Assembly (NCBI RefSeq): GCF_001194135.2
Contig: NC_068985.1
Span: 104,989,319 to 105,053,318, forward strand
DNA length: 64,000 nucleotides
Direction of reading: 5' to 3'
DNA from: Octopus bimaculoides
Lineage: Eukaryota
In this document: positions 1 through 11,460 of the stretch, piece by piece
Numbering within the stretch: position 1 is the stretch's first letter
Layout of the letters: the number at the start of each line of letters is the position of its first letter
Translations under genes and position numbers: made by a program
Notes under the pieces: generated by a model
The model's database searches: none
What the model saw: the letters and a program-made list of their open reading frames with translations, nothing else
What the model was told of the DNA's origin: nothing

Positions 1-29
1 TATGTTTGAATGGAGCAAAGTTCCAACCA

Positions 30-1070
30 CAAAAAAAAATAACAGGCTGGTGGCATATGATAGAGCTATAAAAGCCACAAGGTAAGAAAGAATGAAGAAA
101 AACGAGTAAGGGAATGATACTGGGTAGCTAAAAAAAAAAAAAGCCAGGTGTCAAGTATATTGAGCAAAGAGTAATTGAAAGTTATGAGCTTTACCAATGT
201 TCTGCATAATGACAAAAAGAAGCAGGGAAATGTTATTTCGAGAGATTCCTGAATTGAGGGGAATATGCAGGAGAAAGAGGGACTACACCCAAACAGACCC
301 AATATGAAACCAACTATTTAGGCTGACAGCTCTACTTTCAGAAATAGTAGCTAAGATATTGAAAATATCTGGTGAAGCTGGATGTGCTGGCTTTTGCAAA
401 GTTAATCAGATAGTACAAGATGGTGCTTTCTGAAAAAATGGCATAGTGGTAACAGCATCACCTGCTCTGGGAAGCAACAATAGAAACATTAAATTGATGG
501 ACCAAGCTAAAAAAAAAGTGGTAGAAAGAGCTACAGCATAGCTAATTAAAAATCAGTTTGGGTTTAGACCTAGGGCAAGTAGCCATTGATGTTTGCTTAG
601 TGGGACAACTGCAGAAGTTCTTTGCCAAGAGTAAGCCAATATATCAAGCATTCATTGAACTGGAGAAGGTTTTTGTCAAGGTAGTCTAGTGACCACTGAG
701 AAAGCTAGTGCAAATGAATGGTTCTGAGAGCTATAGAAGTTCTCAGTAATGCAAGAGTTAGCAATGAGTACAGTTAGATATTTAGCATGCATGCTCGTGT
801 CCAAGATCGGTTCTCAACACCCTCCTGTTATTAGTTTCCATCAATAACAGAGGAATTTAAGACCAGGTGTCTTCAGAATGCCAATGACCTAGTCCTCACA
901 GATAAATCAGTCGATGAATTAAAGGAAACATTCCTAACGTGGAATTTTGAAGTCTAAAAGTAAAACGAAAGAAAAAAAAAATACAGCTGTCTAATGGAAT
1001 GTGGCCACGTTCCATAAGCAGAAAAGGAATAGAAACTATGTATCCAATGTAAAATACAGGTGCAAAGAAA
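30..1070 (+). mobile_element. Degenerate RTE-clade LINE, reverse-transcriptase region
   Basis: Broken frames give QFGFRP...QLQKFFAKSKPIYQAFIELEKVF, resembling RTE QFGFxPGRST...YLAFVDLEKAFD. Confidence 0.75.
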
Positions 1071-1575
1071 TTATTTCACAACAGGGTTGATAGAGAGGAA
1101 ACCTTTGTATGCAAGAGATGAACAGTAGTAGTTAGCAGTTGACTCAGTATATAAAGAGAAATGCGATCCACCAAACATGTAATTTTACTAGTTTTTATAG
1201 AACAAGCCTTTCTTCCCTTTATCAATGGTGTCTGGAATGGTGGATAAATGGATGAAAAAGGACTCCACATACAAAAAATTAGTTGCCAAATGGATAGCAA
1301 CACTACAATATAACGCAAACACCAAGCAATGGAGACTACAAACGGTGAACCGGAAGTCATTAAGAGACGGCTGGAATGTCTTACAGCATGTTCCCACCTT
1401 CTGTACTAGAGTTCAAATTCCGTAGAGAGTCATCATTCCCAGAGTCGATATCGACTAAGTATGAAGGTCGATTCTCGCTTTCTCTCTGAATCGGATACGT
1501 AGGGCAGTAGTAATAGGGTACGCGAGTGGGGGAAGATTACTGCCAACGTCCCTTTCTCCAGAGCTGAATGAGGTG

Positions 1576-1602
1576 CTAACAAGGTTTCCTCAGGAGAACC
1601 GT
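1576..1602 (-). CDS. Candidate second (terminal) coding exon of the membrane-protein gene (TVLLRKPC*)
   Basis: Long pyrimidine tract followed by CCGCAG ending at 1603; the phase-0 reading stops after 8 codons. Confidence 0.35.
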   Translation of the reverse strand, partial: TVLLRKPC

Positions 1603-2050
1603 CTGCGGACAAGATGTGCAGTACGGAATGGAAAAAAAGGAAAAGAATTATAACTAAATACAATGCCAACAAATAAAGCAATACTTTAAATTAAGGAAAA
1701 TACTATTCTGAGTGGAAACATAAAATAGGCAACGAACGAATTGGCAGAATCGTTAGCGCGTCGGATAGCATATCTTACGGTATTCGTTTCGACTTCCTCT
1801 GCTCCGAGTTCGAATGTTGGGAGACAAGGACAAAAGCTAAATAGAGAAACCGAGGCCAACTCCTGAACATACACAATGAAAGGAAGCGTTGAAGATTGTG
1901 CTTTTTGTCTAAACATGGTAAATAACAGGACCAAAAGTCAGAGAAACCGATTATCACCCAATAAATGTATCGTTCAAATACAGAGAATTTAGTAAACACA
2001 CACTTTGTAACTATAAAAGTTTTGAGAAATTGACATTTCGGTACATGCTA

Positions 2051-2363
2051 CCTTTTATTTTTTACTGGTTTCAATCTAGACTGCGACCATGCTGGAGCAC
2101 CACCTTGAAGAGTCAAAGAAATTAACCCCAGTATTTATTTAAAGATGTGCTTATTTTATCTCTTTTGCCGAACTGCTATGTTACAGGCTCGTAAACTAAC
2201 ACCGGTTGTCAAGCGGCGGTGGGAGACACGACGAGTTTCTATCAAGTCCCGTCTACCAAATCCACTCACAAGGCTTTGGTTAGCCCAGGTTTATAGTGGA
2301 AGACACTTACCTAAAGCGCAGCACAGTGGGACCGAACCCAAGACCACATGGTTGAGAAGCAGG
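2051..2363 (-). mobile_element. tRNA-derived SINE, family A (head plus tail)
   Basis: Same composite sequence as 12813-13150 and 58741-58980. Confidence 0.8.
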
Positions 2364-3343
2364 TTTATTCGTTTTTTTTTTTTTTTTGTCATAAGAAAAT
2401 ACTTTGATATAGTATGCATTATTTCCTGGTATTTTATTAGACGTAACTAATTACACACAAAATTAATATCACTCATTTGATCTACCATTTGCGTTAACTA
2501 GTACCATATTTTGACAAATTCCAAGAATTACAGTCGCTTCATCACCCGGGGATGTGCGCATAGAGTAATTCTGTATTTAAATCCCCCCCCCCCAAAAAAA
2601 AAAGAAACAGCATTTTCACACACACCCATCATCAATGATGAAAGCAATAAGAGGAATAATCCAAGCGAGGAAAGAAAAATAAAGATATTCAGATAGGAAT
2701 GTCTCATCAGTGTGTGTGTGTGTAGTAAAGGATATCGCTGCATCAACCTATGTTGCTCATTTTAGCTGAACTCTGCAAAAAAAAAAAAAATAGCAGCCAA
2801 ATCTCTCAACCCACACCCTACCATCATTAAAAAAGTACAAACAATGGATAATATATTCCCGGGTACATTAGAAAAAAAGAAAAATTCTCATGGCTTGAAT
2901 GCCTGCTAACATAAAAAAAAAATACGTAGCTTTAAAACTTATACAATTAATTGGCCGAAAGAGATTGTGTGTGCCTATCTTAAAATACAAGAGAAAACTA
3001 ATTTTTTTTTTAATTCTAGAAAATAACCGAAGTTACTTCGAGAAAAAAATAGAAGTTGATTTAGTAAACACTTTTCCATGTTCTATTTTTCAGTACGAAA
3101 AACTTTAGGGGTTGTTTCAACAGTTTATAATTCATAAATTATTCTGAGAGAATATATATACATAAATAGAAACAAATTAGCAAGCGACATAACAGTCTTA
3201 TTTTTTATAAACTTTTTCAAATGAATAGTTGAAATACCAAAGAACTGTAAGAGGAAGTATAACAGGTTTTATAGAATTCTTTAAAAGTTTCGGCCTGTTT
3301 TATCTTTTTAAGTTAATATATCAACAAAAAAATAATAACTTAC

Positions 3344-3472
3344 CTTCTTGAGGTCCACATTGTGGTCAATTCTCCAAGCTTGTAAAGACCGATATTGCAT
3401 CATTAACAGTATGAAGACGACCAGGCCCATGGCACCAGCAACAGTAGAAAACACGATAAGATAAATCATCAT
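3344..3472 (-). CDS. First coding exon of an unidentified single-pass membrane protein (MMIYLIVFSTVAGAMGLVVFILLMMQYRSLQAWRIDHNVDLKK)
   Basis: 25-aa hydrophobic segment; donor AAG|GTAAGT at 3343 in phase 0; CpG-rich surroundings; the frame stays open upstream to 3685. Confidence 0.7.
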
Positions 3473-4398
3473 GAATGGAAAAATTTGTAAGAAAAATATA
3501 TCCGCCCGGTAGCAACTATCTTGGTAGTTTGAAGGGCTGTTGTTGATGTGATGAATTGATGGTTCGGCTGGAGGCGACAGTGCAGAAATACTGTTGTAAT
3601 AATTTGGTTGTTCGGTTAGTGGAGACCGTGTCGTTATGTTGACATTTATAGTGTCGACACAGACGGCAGCACCTCTTCCCCTTCTCTAATGTCGACAAAC
3701 TATTTGATAGCAACATGGAACACCTCTAAACAAACCGGAGCGTTCAGAGCGACTGAAAAATTGTTTTCGCTTTTCATCAGTTTTTAAAACCGAAGAAAGC
3801 AAACATAAAACTGTTAGGTTTTATGGCCAATTTGTTTAAATTTGCTAATTAGGGAGAAAAAACGTTCAATGACCGCGTTTCTAAAGAAAAAATACCTACA
3901 TTGATGAATAATGTAGTTAAACGAGTATTATAGTTTCTCTGTTAACATTAATTCTTTTGTAAATATTTCCGTGGAGCGAAGTTCCATATTAAGTAGAACC
4001 ACAATGCGACTACTTTAAGACGAAGGCACTCAGTAAAACAAAATACTTCTGGCTTGTGCAGAAGAATATAGGCTACCAGCTTAACATATTTCTGCCAAAC
4101 ATTTGTTTTTGTTAAACAACAAAAACGAAAACATCTTCAAAACATGACACAAGTCCTCCAAGACTTGACACAAGTCTGTCCTGAACGGTTGATGGGCGAG
4201 ATTCGACTTACGAGAAAGGCTAACACAAAATATTACTGAAATTTTGTTAGCAAGTGAAGTGTTAAGTATCTTTACGTTATTATCCCGAATATAACGTCAT
4301 AGAGATAGGTTTCTGTCGGAACAACGATTTATCTGGTAGCTACAGCGTATGTGACATTCTGTTGTAACATTTTTATAGTCTCCACTGGCAAAAGTAGA

Positions 4399-4445
4399 AT
4401 GTCGCCATGATGGCGGTCATGTGACTAGCACAAAAAGCACGTGGG
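4399..4445. promoter_or_regulatory. Motif cluster: YY1-like ATGGCGG, GTCATGTGAC (USF/TFE-type E-box) and CACGTG
   Basis: Direct motif matches about 700 bp upstream of the 3.7-kb gene. Confidence 0.35.
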
Positions 4446-4447
4446 AA

Positions 4448-4889
4448 ATGAGGCAAAACACACGCGGTTTCCAAGAGGTCATACAGGCTATCGGCTGTTG
4501 AACGCCTGCTGAACCACATACACACAAATGTGATATATTATTGGAAATGTCTTTTACTTTGGGTCGAGTCGAAACTTTACATTGAATAACTGAATCTTTG
4601 TTTTTATAGAAATGAAATTCTTGGGAAATACGAAATAATAACATATATTTAAAACTGCGTTATCTTTTATGAGGCAAAACACACGCAGTTTCCAAGAGGT
4701 CATACAGGCTATCGGCTGTTGAACGCCTGCTGAACCACATACATACAAATATGATATATTATTGGAAATATCTTTTACTTAGGGTCGAGTTGAAACTTTA
4801 CATTGATTAACTGAATCTTTGTTTTTATAGAAATGAAATTCGTGGTACATACGAAATAATAACATATATTTAAAACTGCGTTATCTTTT
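4448..4889 (+). repeat. 221-bp tandem duplication (two highly similar copies)
   Basis: ATGAGGCAAAACACACGC starts at 4448 and again at 4669; both copies end ...GCGTTATCTTTT. Confidence 0.95.
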
Positions 4890-5178
4890 AATTTATGTCT
4901 TATGCAAATCCACTTCCAAAACCCTTATGCTGCAGTGTAAAGTCTTTTACTTTTGATTCAGATCTAATTCTAAACTTCATATTTGGAAGTTTAAAGTCTT
5001 TTACGCTTATGAAAATCCAACTCTAAGCTCCATGCTGCAGAGCACAGAAACTAAAACCATATTCTGCAGACTAAAATGTTTGACGTTTCATTTTACTTTT
5101 TCCCTACTGACATGGATCCATTTATAGTTGGAATTTTTCTTAGTCATATTTACTATCAATATGTTTTATTGATAACTT

Positions 5179-6745
5179 TATAGTGAAACTACCATATTTT
5201 CTTATATCATCTTTGATATATATTTTGTGTTCGACCGTGTGACGCGTATAAATAAAAGGAGTCCTCTGTTTTTTCCATTCGTCACCATTTCTCCTTTTTG
5301 AGTTCGCACGGTCGTTCTTACAATTGGTGACCCCGACGTGATTCGTTCATACAGCCCTTCTGATCTGTACAGCCTACGTGATCCTGTTCACACAGTTTCA
5401 CTTAAAAACGGTGACTAAATGCCAGTAATAGAACAAAAGTTCTTTAAGTCTTTTTCACTACATCTTTTTTTTTATTTCGTCTGTTTGTCTTCGACAAACC
5501 GACTGGTGCGAGGCTAGTGTAGTGAAACTACCTATCGCCATTAGATACAAAACTANNNNNNNNNNNNNNNNNNNNNNNNNNNNNNNNNNNNNNNNNNNNN
5601 NNNNNNNNNNNNNNNNNNNNNNNNNNNNNNNNNNNNNNNNNNNNNNNNNNNNNNNNNNNNNNNNNNNNNNNNNNNNNNNNNNNNNNNNNNNNNNNNNNNN
5701 NNNNNNNNNNNNNNNNNNNNNNNNNNNNNNNNNNNNNNNNNNNNNNNNNNNNNNNNNNNNNNNNNNNNNNNNNNNNNNNNNNNNNNNNNNNNNNNNNNNN
5801 NNNNNNNNNNNNNNNNNNNNNNNNNNNNNNNNNNNNNNNNNNNNNNNNNNNNNNNNNNNNNNNNNNNNNNNNNNNNNNNNNNNNNNNNNNNNNNNNNNNN
5901 NNNNNNNNNNNNNNNNNNNNNNNNNNNNNNNNNNNNNNNNNNNNNNNNNNNNNNNNNNNNNNNNNNNNNNNNNNNNNNNNNNNNNNNNNNNNNNNNNNNN
6001 NNNNNNNNNNNNNNNNNNNNNNNNNNNNNNNNNNNNNNNNNNNNNNNNNNNNNNNNNNNNNNNNNNNNNNNNNNNNNNNNNNNNNNNNNNNNNNNNNNNN
6101 NNNNNNNNNNNNNNNNNNNNNNNNNNNNNNNNNNNNNNNNNNNNNNNNNNNNNNNNNNNNNNNNNNNNNNNNNNNNNNNNNNNNNNNNNNNNNNNNNNNN
6201 NNNNNNNNNNNNNNNNNNNNNNNNNNNNNNNNNNNNNNNNNNNNNNNNNNNNNNNNNNNNNNNNNNNNNNNNNNNNNNNNNNNNNNNNNNNNNNNNNNNA
6301 TCAGCTCTGCCACACACAGCCTCAACTCCCTTCACATACAGACTCTTCCAATTGTGTACTCAAGAACTGGTATAAATGCTCACGTGTTATTGACTCTCTT
6401 TCTATCTGCTGTAATAACTCACATACACATACATGTATCACTCACATACACACTTTTCTTTGCATGACGGCCTGTCTTTTATTATGTTCTTATATGTCGC
6501 ATTCACACTCTCACACAGACATACATCTTTAATGCTATAATAAATATCTCTGTTATTCATCTTATACGGTTGTGGTCTTTCATTACTGGTCATCTATGTT
6601 ATCGTAGTATAACATATCATGTATATCATCATGTGATATAATATTTTGTGTGTTCGACCGTGTGACGCGTTTAAATAAAAGGAGTCCTCTGTTTTTTCCA
6701 TTCGTCACCATTTCTCTTTTTTGAGTTCGCACGGTCGTTCTTACA
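5179..6745 (+). mobile_element. Non-autonomous miniature LTR retroelement (TRIM-like, tRNA-Trp PBS, probably Ty3/Gypsy CsRN1-related)
   Basis: ACTT target-site duplication at 5175-5178 and 6746-6749. 5' LTR 5179-5322; PBS TGGTGACCCCGACGTGATTCG at 5325-5345; 195-bp non-coding interior; second LTR starts TGTAGTGAAACTACC at 5518 and ends ...CTTACA at 6745, spanning a gap. Confidence 0.85.
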
Positions 6746-7479
6746 ACTTGTTAACTTGGTTTAACGCAGTATCAATAACTCGGTTCTTTGAAAACAGATC
6801 TTGTACGATGCATTGAAAACCTGTTCTACCTTTTTTGAGACACTGGGGCGTATCCATAATTCAATAAAAATTATCTGTGAGTTTTCAGGAAACTTCCTAT
6901 ACGAAATGATTACGGTTAATTTTAAAACTTTCAATCTTATAAAAGAGCCGGGGATTCTATTTAAGTGAATATTCACGTACTTAACATTTGTAAGTACAAC
7001 TGAAATAATTCATTCCTTGAATCATTCTAGCAGTCTATCATCAAAAGAAACGTTATGATTCATTCCCATAACATTTAACCGAATTCCGGATTCATCATAT
7101 ATTTGAGTTTTCACATAAATTATCTTTATATATCTGTCATCTTTAAACCATCAGTATTTTATTGATACACTGGAACATATACATACACGTCATACATCAA
7201 AGGAACCTTTACATAGTCGCTCGATTTGCAACAAAGAGCAAATAAATTGCTTTGAATTATTCCCCACAGACTTGAAAATCGAGGGATAGACTAGATAATG
7301 TCTGCCTGGATACGTAATGCCTGAAAGACTAGTAGTGATGGTTGTATTGTCTTTGATCATTATACGTCTCCACTAATTCCATCCTAAAACCAAACAACAG
7401 ACAACATGTTTGTATCATTTGGCAAGCCTTTCCAGATGATTGAATATATGGTTGATTTCAATATCTATGGGTCGTTGTA

Positions 7480-7660
7480 GGCGCGGGCATGGCTGTGTAG
7501 TTAGGAAGCTTGCTTCCCAGCTACATGGTTTCGGGTTCAGTCCCACCGCGTGGCACCTTGGGCATGTGTCTTCTGCTATAGCCCAGGGCTGACCGAATCC
7601 TTGTGATTGAATTTGGTAGGCGGAAGTTACTGCCGTGTGTGTATACGTCTGTGTATGTGC
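7480..7660 (+). mobile_element. SINE family A, 5' half (A/B-box head GGCGCGGGCATGGCTGTGTAGTTAGG...GGGTTCAGTCCC)
   Basis: tRNA-like head followed by the shared body GGCACCTTGGGCA.GTGTCTTCT.CTATAGCC. Confidence 0.85.
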
Positions 7661-8599
7661 TTGTGCTTCTCTTCCAGAAAGTGAGGGGGGGGAGTTGATG
7701 TATTCTGCAAATCCAACATTAATAATAATAATGATTTCTTTTACTTGCCACTAGGCAAATGAGGCAGGGGTAATACATAGACAGACATAAAGTGTGGGGG
7801 GTTGCATATAATGGAATGATAAAAAAAAAGAGAAAAAACATATATGGTATATATTAAAAGAAGGGTAGTATACATAATATACAACACTAAGAAGGAAAAA
7901 AATGTGATAATGATGGCGTCCTTCTGATACAGGAGGACCAATAGGGACAATGAAGGAACCGCACTATCCAAGATCTCCTTGAATACCAAGGACAAGTGCC
8001 CTCTCCAACTTCTTTCCTCCATCTCACAGATCTGCACTTAAAGCAGTACCATCCACTCTTGCCATTTTCACACCTTTCACCCACCTTTTGATAGATTCAC
8101 TCAAAGACAGCAACTCCCTCTCCACACTCACCTTCCTTTTCAAGTGAAACTTGAAAAACTTGATGAGGCTTTACCAAAGAGGAATGTCTTTGTCCTAATT
8201 TCTTTCAGCCTCATCCATGATTCTGAAGGAAGGGAGAAAGAGAAGTAGTAGGATGAGTGGTCGAGGTAGGAAGGTTGTGCAACGTGGCACAATGAGGGAG
8301 AGAAGAGATGCTGGGGGGATAGAAGAGTGTAAGATAGGGAAAGGGAAAGTGAGTGATTCAATATACAGAGATCGAATTCTTTCTTCCCAATTAAGTGTGG
8401 CGTGTATGATGAGTAGAAGAGATTCTGAGAAAATGAAAGAGTACAGAATAAGTGCTGTGGATATGAGAAGACATGGTGGGGAGGTATAGTGCTATAGAAT
8501 AGGCAGAAAGTGGAAAGGAGTGTACATTATCTCACCATTTTATCAGGCATTTTAACAAGCTTATGGGGCAAGGTCAAATCTTCTGTCAGTCAACATAGT

Positions 8600-9300
8600 C
8601 CTCTGTCATCCCTTTTGTCAGATGTGGTGTCTTGAGAATATCTTTCACCATCTCATTCCCAATCTTTCTTGGTCTCCCTCTTCCTTAAGTACCATTCACT
8701 TATAGAGATGTCATTCTCCATTCACATTGTATGTTTATACCAGCAAAGACTTCTTTTCTTACTACATCTGATTCTTCTTATATCCAGGTTGTTTCTCAAG
8801 TTTATTTATAATTTGTCATTCATATACAAAAACTGGTTCATCCAACAAAGTATGCTCAACTCATTTCTTTCTCGTCTCTGCATGTTTTCAGCATTCAAAG
8901 CCTGTGTTTCATGGCCAATACAGCAGTGTACTTCACAAAAGCTCCATATAATCTGCTCTTGAATGTATGGAGGAAGACCATTGTTGCCAGTAGAGACTAC
9001 CACACTTTTCGCCACAGCTAATTTTGTTACCTAGGTAACTACTGCAAAGGAGCCATCTGAAAATTTAAGGCAATTTACTTTCGAGAGCTCTTAGTGCTTA
9101 ATGCCCTGGTGCCCCAGCTGCATATGAAATCTGCCCTTCTCTGTTAGCCTGCCTGCAGTCCCACTGCACCTCTTATGTGTCCAATGTTTACACTGAGCAT
9201 ATCTTATAGAATTTCAACTGACTCCTTTTCTGCAGAAACAGCATGGCTATTTCCCCAATGCTATAAAAGTCCTGTCTTCCTTCTCTCTAAAACTTTGTTT
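8600..9300 (-). mobile_element. Degenerate RTE LINE, C-terminal RT region
   Basis: GHETQALNAENMQRRERNELSILCWM...LDIRRIRCS...CWYKH resembles RTE YGSETWAL..MQRLERN..MLRWM...LRWYGH. Confidence 0.75.
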
Positions 9301-9889
9301 TAAGACCCTTCAGTTCCAAGTTTTGTTTTCATGTCTGGAATTTCTAGCTCGAGTTGTTTTATAAATTCTTCTTCTTATACCTTGAGATGCTCTGGCATCC
9401 TGCCACCAACCATCTCTTATCTTCTTTCCACCTACTCCCACCCATCCTTATATAGAGCAAGGTAACCCTGTATCTTTTCTATAGCAAGACACCCATGCAT
9501 GTGTCTGTCATACTTTAGTTTCTCAACACCTAGCATAGAACCATTGGCCCTCTTCCTCCTCTCAAATTATTTAGTCAAAGAGACATTTTCCTTTTCCCCC
9601 TTTTTCCCTTCTTGTTCTTTTCTTGTTTTGCAAGTGACTTGGCAACCTCATTAGTGTTGGTAGTGTGAAAAAAGCACCCAGTGCACTCTGTTGGTGTTAG
9701 GAAGTGCATCTAGCCATATACAGATTGGAGCCTGGTGTAACCATCTGGTTTCAGCAGTCCTCAGTCAAATCGTCCAATCCATGCTAGCATGGAAAGCGGA
9801 CGTTAAACGACGATGATGATGANNNNNNNNNNTGCTAGCATGGAAAGCGGACGTTAAACGACGATGATGATGATGTGGAGAATAACACC

Positions 9890-10670
9890 TTTTCTGTTTA
9901 CCAAAGCTGACTACTTTCAATGTAATTTTTCATTTACACAATCAAGCTGTTGGCAATAGACATCTGCATTGATGGTCCTTCCATGTTCCAGTAGCTCGTA
10001 ATGGACAATATCTTTCTTGTTCCACCAAACACAAAGGATTTTTGTGGATGGAGTTCTAGTTTTGATGTTGGCTCTCATCACGTGATAACCACTATCTTTT
10101 GTTTTCTGTTGTGATGCAAAACCCATTTTCCACCATCTGTAACAATGTGCTGCAGAAATGACAGGTTATTATTGTAGGTTAGAAAACTGCTGCAAACGAT
10201 GGAATGTTTTCCCAATTTGCATGAGGGGATTCGTGGGTAGTTTTGCACCAGATCTCTGGTGCTTTGACCTGTATCTGATACAACAGTCTCATTCAAAAGG
10301 TTGTCTTCCAGAACAAGGCTTATTGAATATGTCACAATCACCATTTTTAAACCTTTTAAACCACAGCTGACATGTAGAAGCTTTCACTGCATCCAGATAC
10401 ACTTCACAAATGTTTTCCATTGCTTCTGTAGCAGTACTTTTCTTTTGAAACTCATACAGCAAGCAATGATGACTATGTTATTTCATAAAGTTCTTATCCT
10501 TCATGGGGTTAATTTCCAAAATAACTATGAATGACACTCTGTTAAATAGAAGAGATGACTTACTATTTCTAGACAGTTCCCACCCATTTGACCTAGGTTC
10601 TGATGTGATTGGTTGATTCATATTTCATAGTGGTGAAAAAGAATGCAATTACTTTCTGAACTCTCTAATA
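9890..10670 (-). mobile_element. Mariner transposase relic with one terminal inverted repeat
   Basis: IVTDGGKWVLHHN (IVTGDEKW-like) and LCVWWNKKDIVHYELLEHGRTINADVYCQQL; TIR-like GCAATTACTTTCTGAACTCTCTAA followed by TA ends at 10670. Confidence 0.85.
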
Positions 10671-10929
10671 TACAAGTTTGATAAGTGCCAATGCACAAAA
10701 CCCCTCAGCCTTTGAGTCACTTTGCAGCAGCCATCGATCTGGTCAGTAGCCCACAACAGGTGGTCTCATAGGAACCTCCAGTTGTCCTCCACATTGTGAT
10801 GCTACATCCTCCACTTTTTCGTCAAATGCCTCTAAATCTCAATCAATTCAGAGGACCCTTCTTTTCCACACTGGTTGCCTTCTGGGCACCCATTTAGTCC
10901 TGATCCTGAAGTCGCTAACTACTATGTTG

Positions 10930-11460
10930 TGGGGCGGAGTTTTCACCTAGGAATGTTTTGGCATTTATAAGTAGTTATCTTTCTCATTTCCTTACAAGAA
11001 TGTAGTCAATCTGTCTAGTATACCCACCAGACTGGTAGGTGAACAGGCAACGGACAGGTTTCCTGAAGTTAGCATTACAGATCATAAGATCATTTACATC
11101 ACAGAACTCCAGGAGCCTGGTCCGTTCCACATTGTGGGAACCAAATCCATTGCCGCCATGCACGCTTCCTGGATGTTGTCCAACATGCCCATTGAAGTTG
11201 CCAGCCACAAAGAGAAGGCCCATCATTCGTCAACGAGTTAGTCTGCAAGAGGGTGTCATAAAAATCGGTCTTTCTGTTCATCAGGTAGCTCTGGCTGAGA
11301 TAATGGTTGCTAATCCACATTGCAGCACTAGTTTAAGCTTTAGTGTTCTATCACAGACTATGACTACCTTGATTACCTTATCAACCCATTTTTCAGCAAG
11401 GAGTATACCTATGTGGAACCTAGCGAACCTCCTCTCCATCTTACTTCTTGAATGCAGTAC
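10930..11460 (-). mobile_element. RTE LINE apurinic-endonuclease fragment
   Basis: ORF 10984-11226: LFVAGNFNGHVG...HGGNGFGSHN...LLEFC...QIDYILVRK carries APE GDFN and IDY motifs. Confidence 0.85.

Noticed and set aside
4448-4889. Repeat-spacer (CRISPR-like) organisation
   Set aside because: Plain two-copy tandem duplication in a eukaryotic genome; no spacers or cas genes anywhere in the window.
5522-6532. Long ORF-track entries spanning N gaps (also 16575-17303, 24412-24942, 51556-52443, 53717-54821, 59737-60695)
   Set aside because: Length comes from X codons and microsatellite translation, not real coding signal.
7480-7560. tRNA-like A/B boxes here and at other SINE heads
   Set aside because: No cloverleaf or anticodon arm; they continue into SINE bodies, so no tRNA gene is called.
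9781-9875. Direct repeat of the family C tail on both sides of a 10-N gap
   Set aside because: Typical of unmerged overlapping contig ends; probably an assembly artefact.
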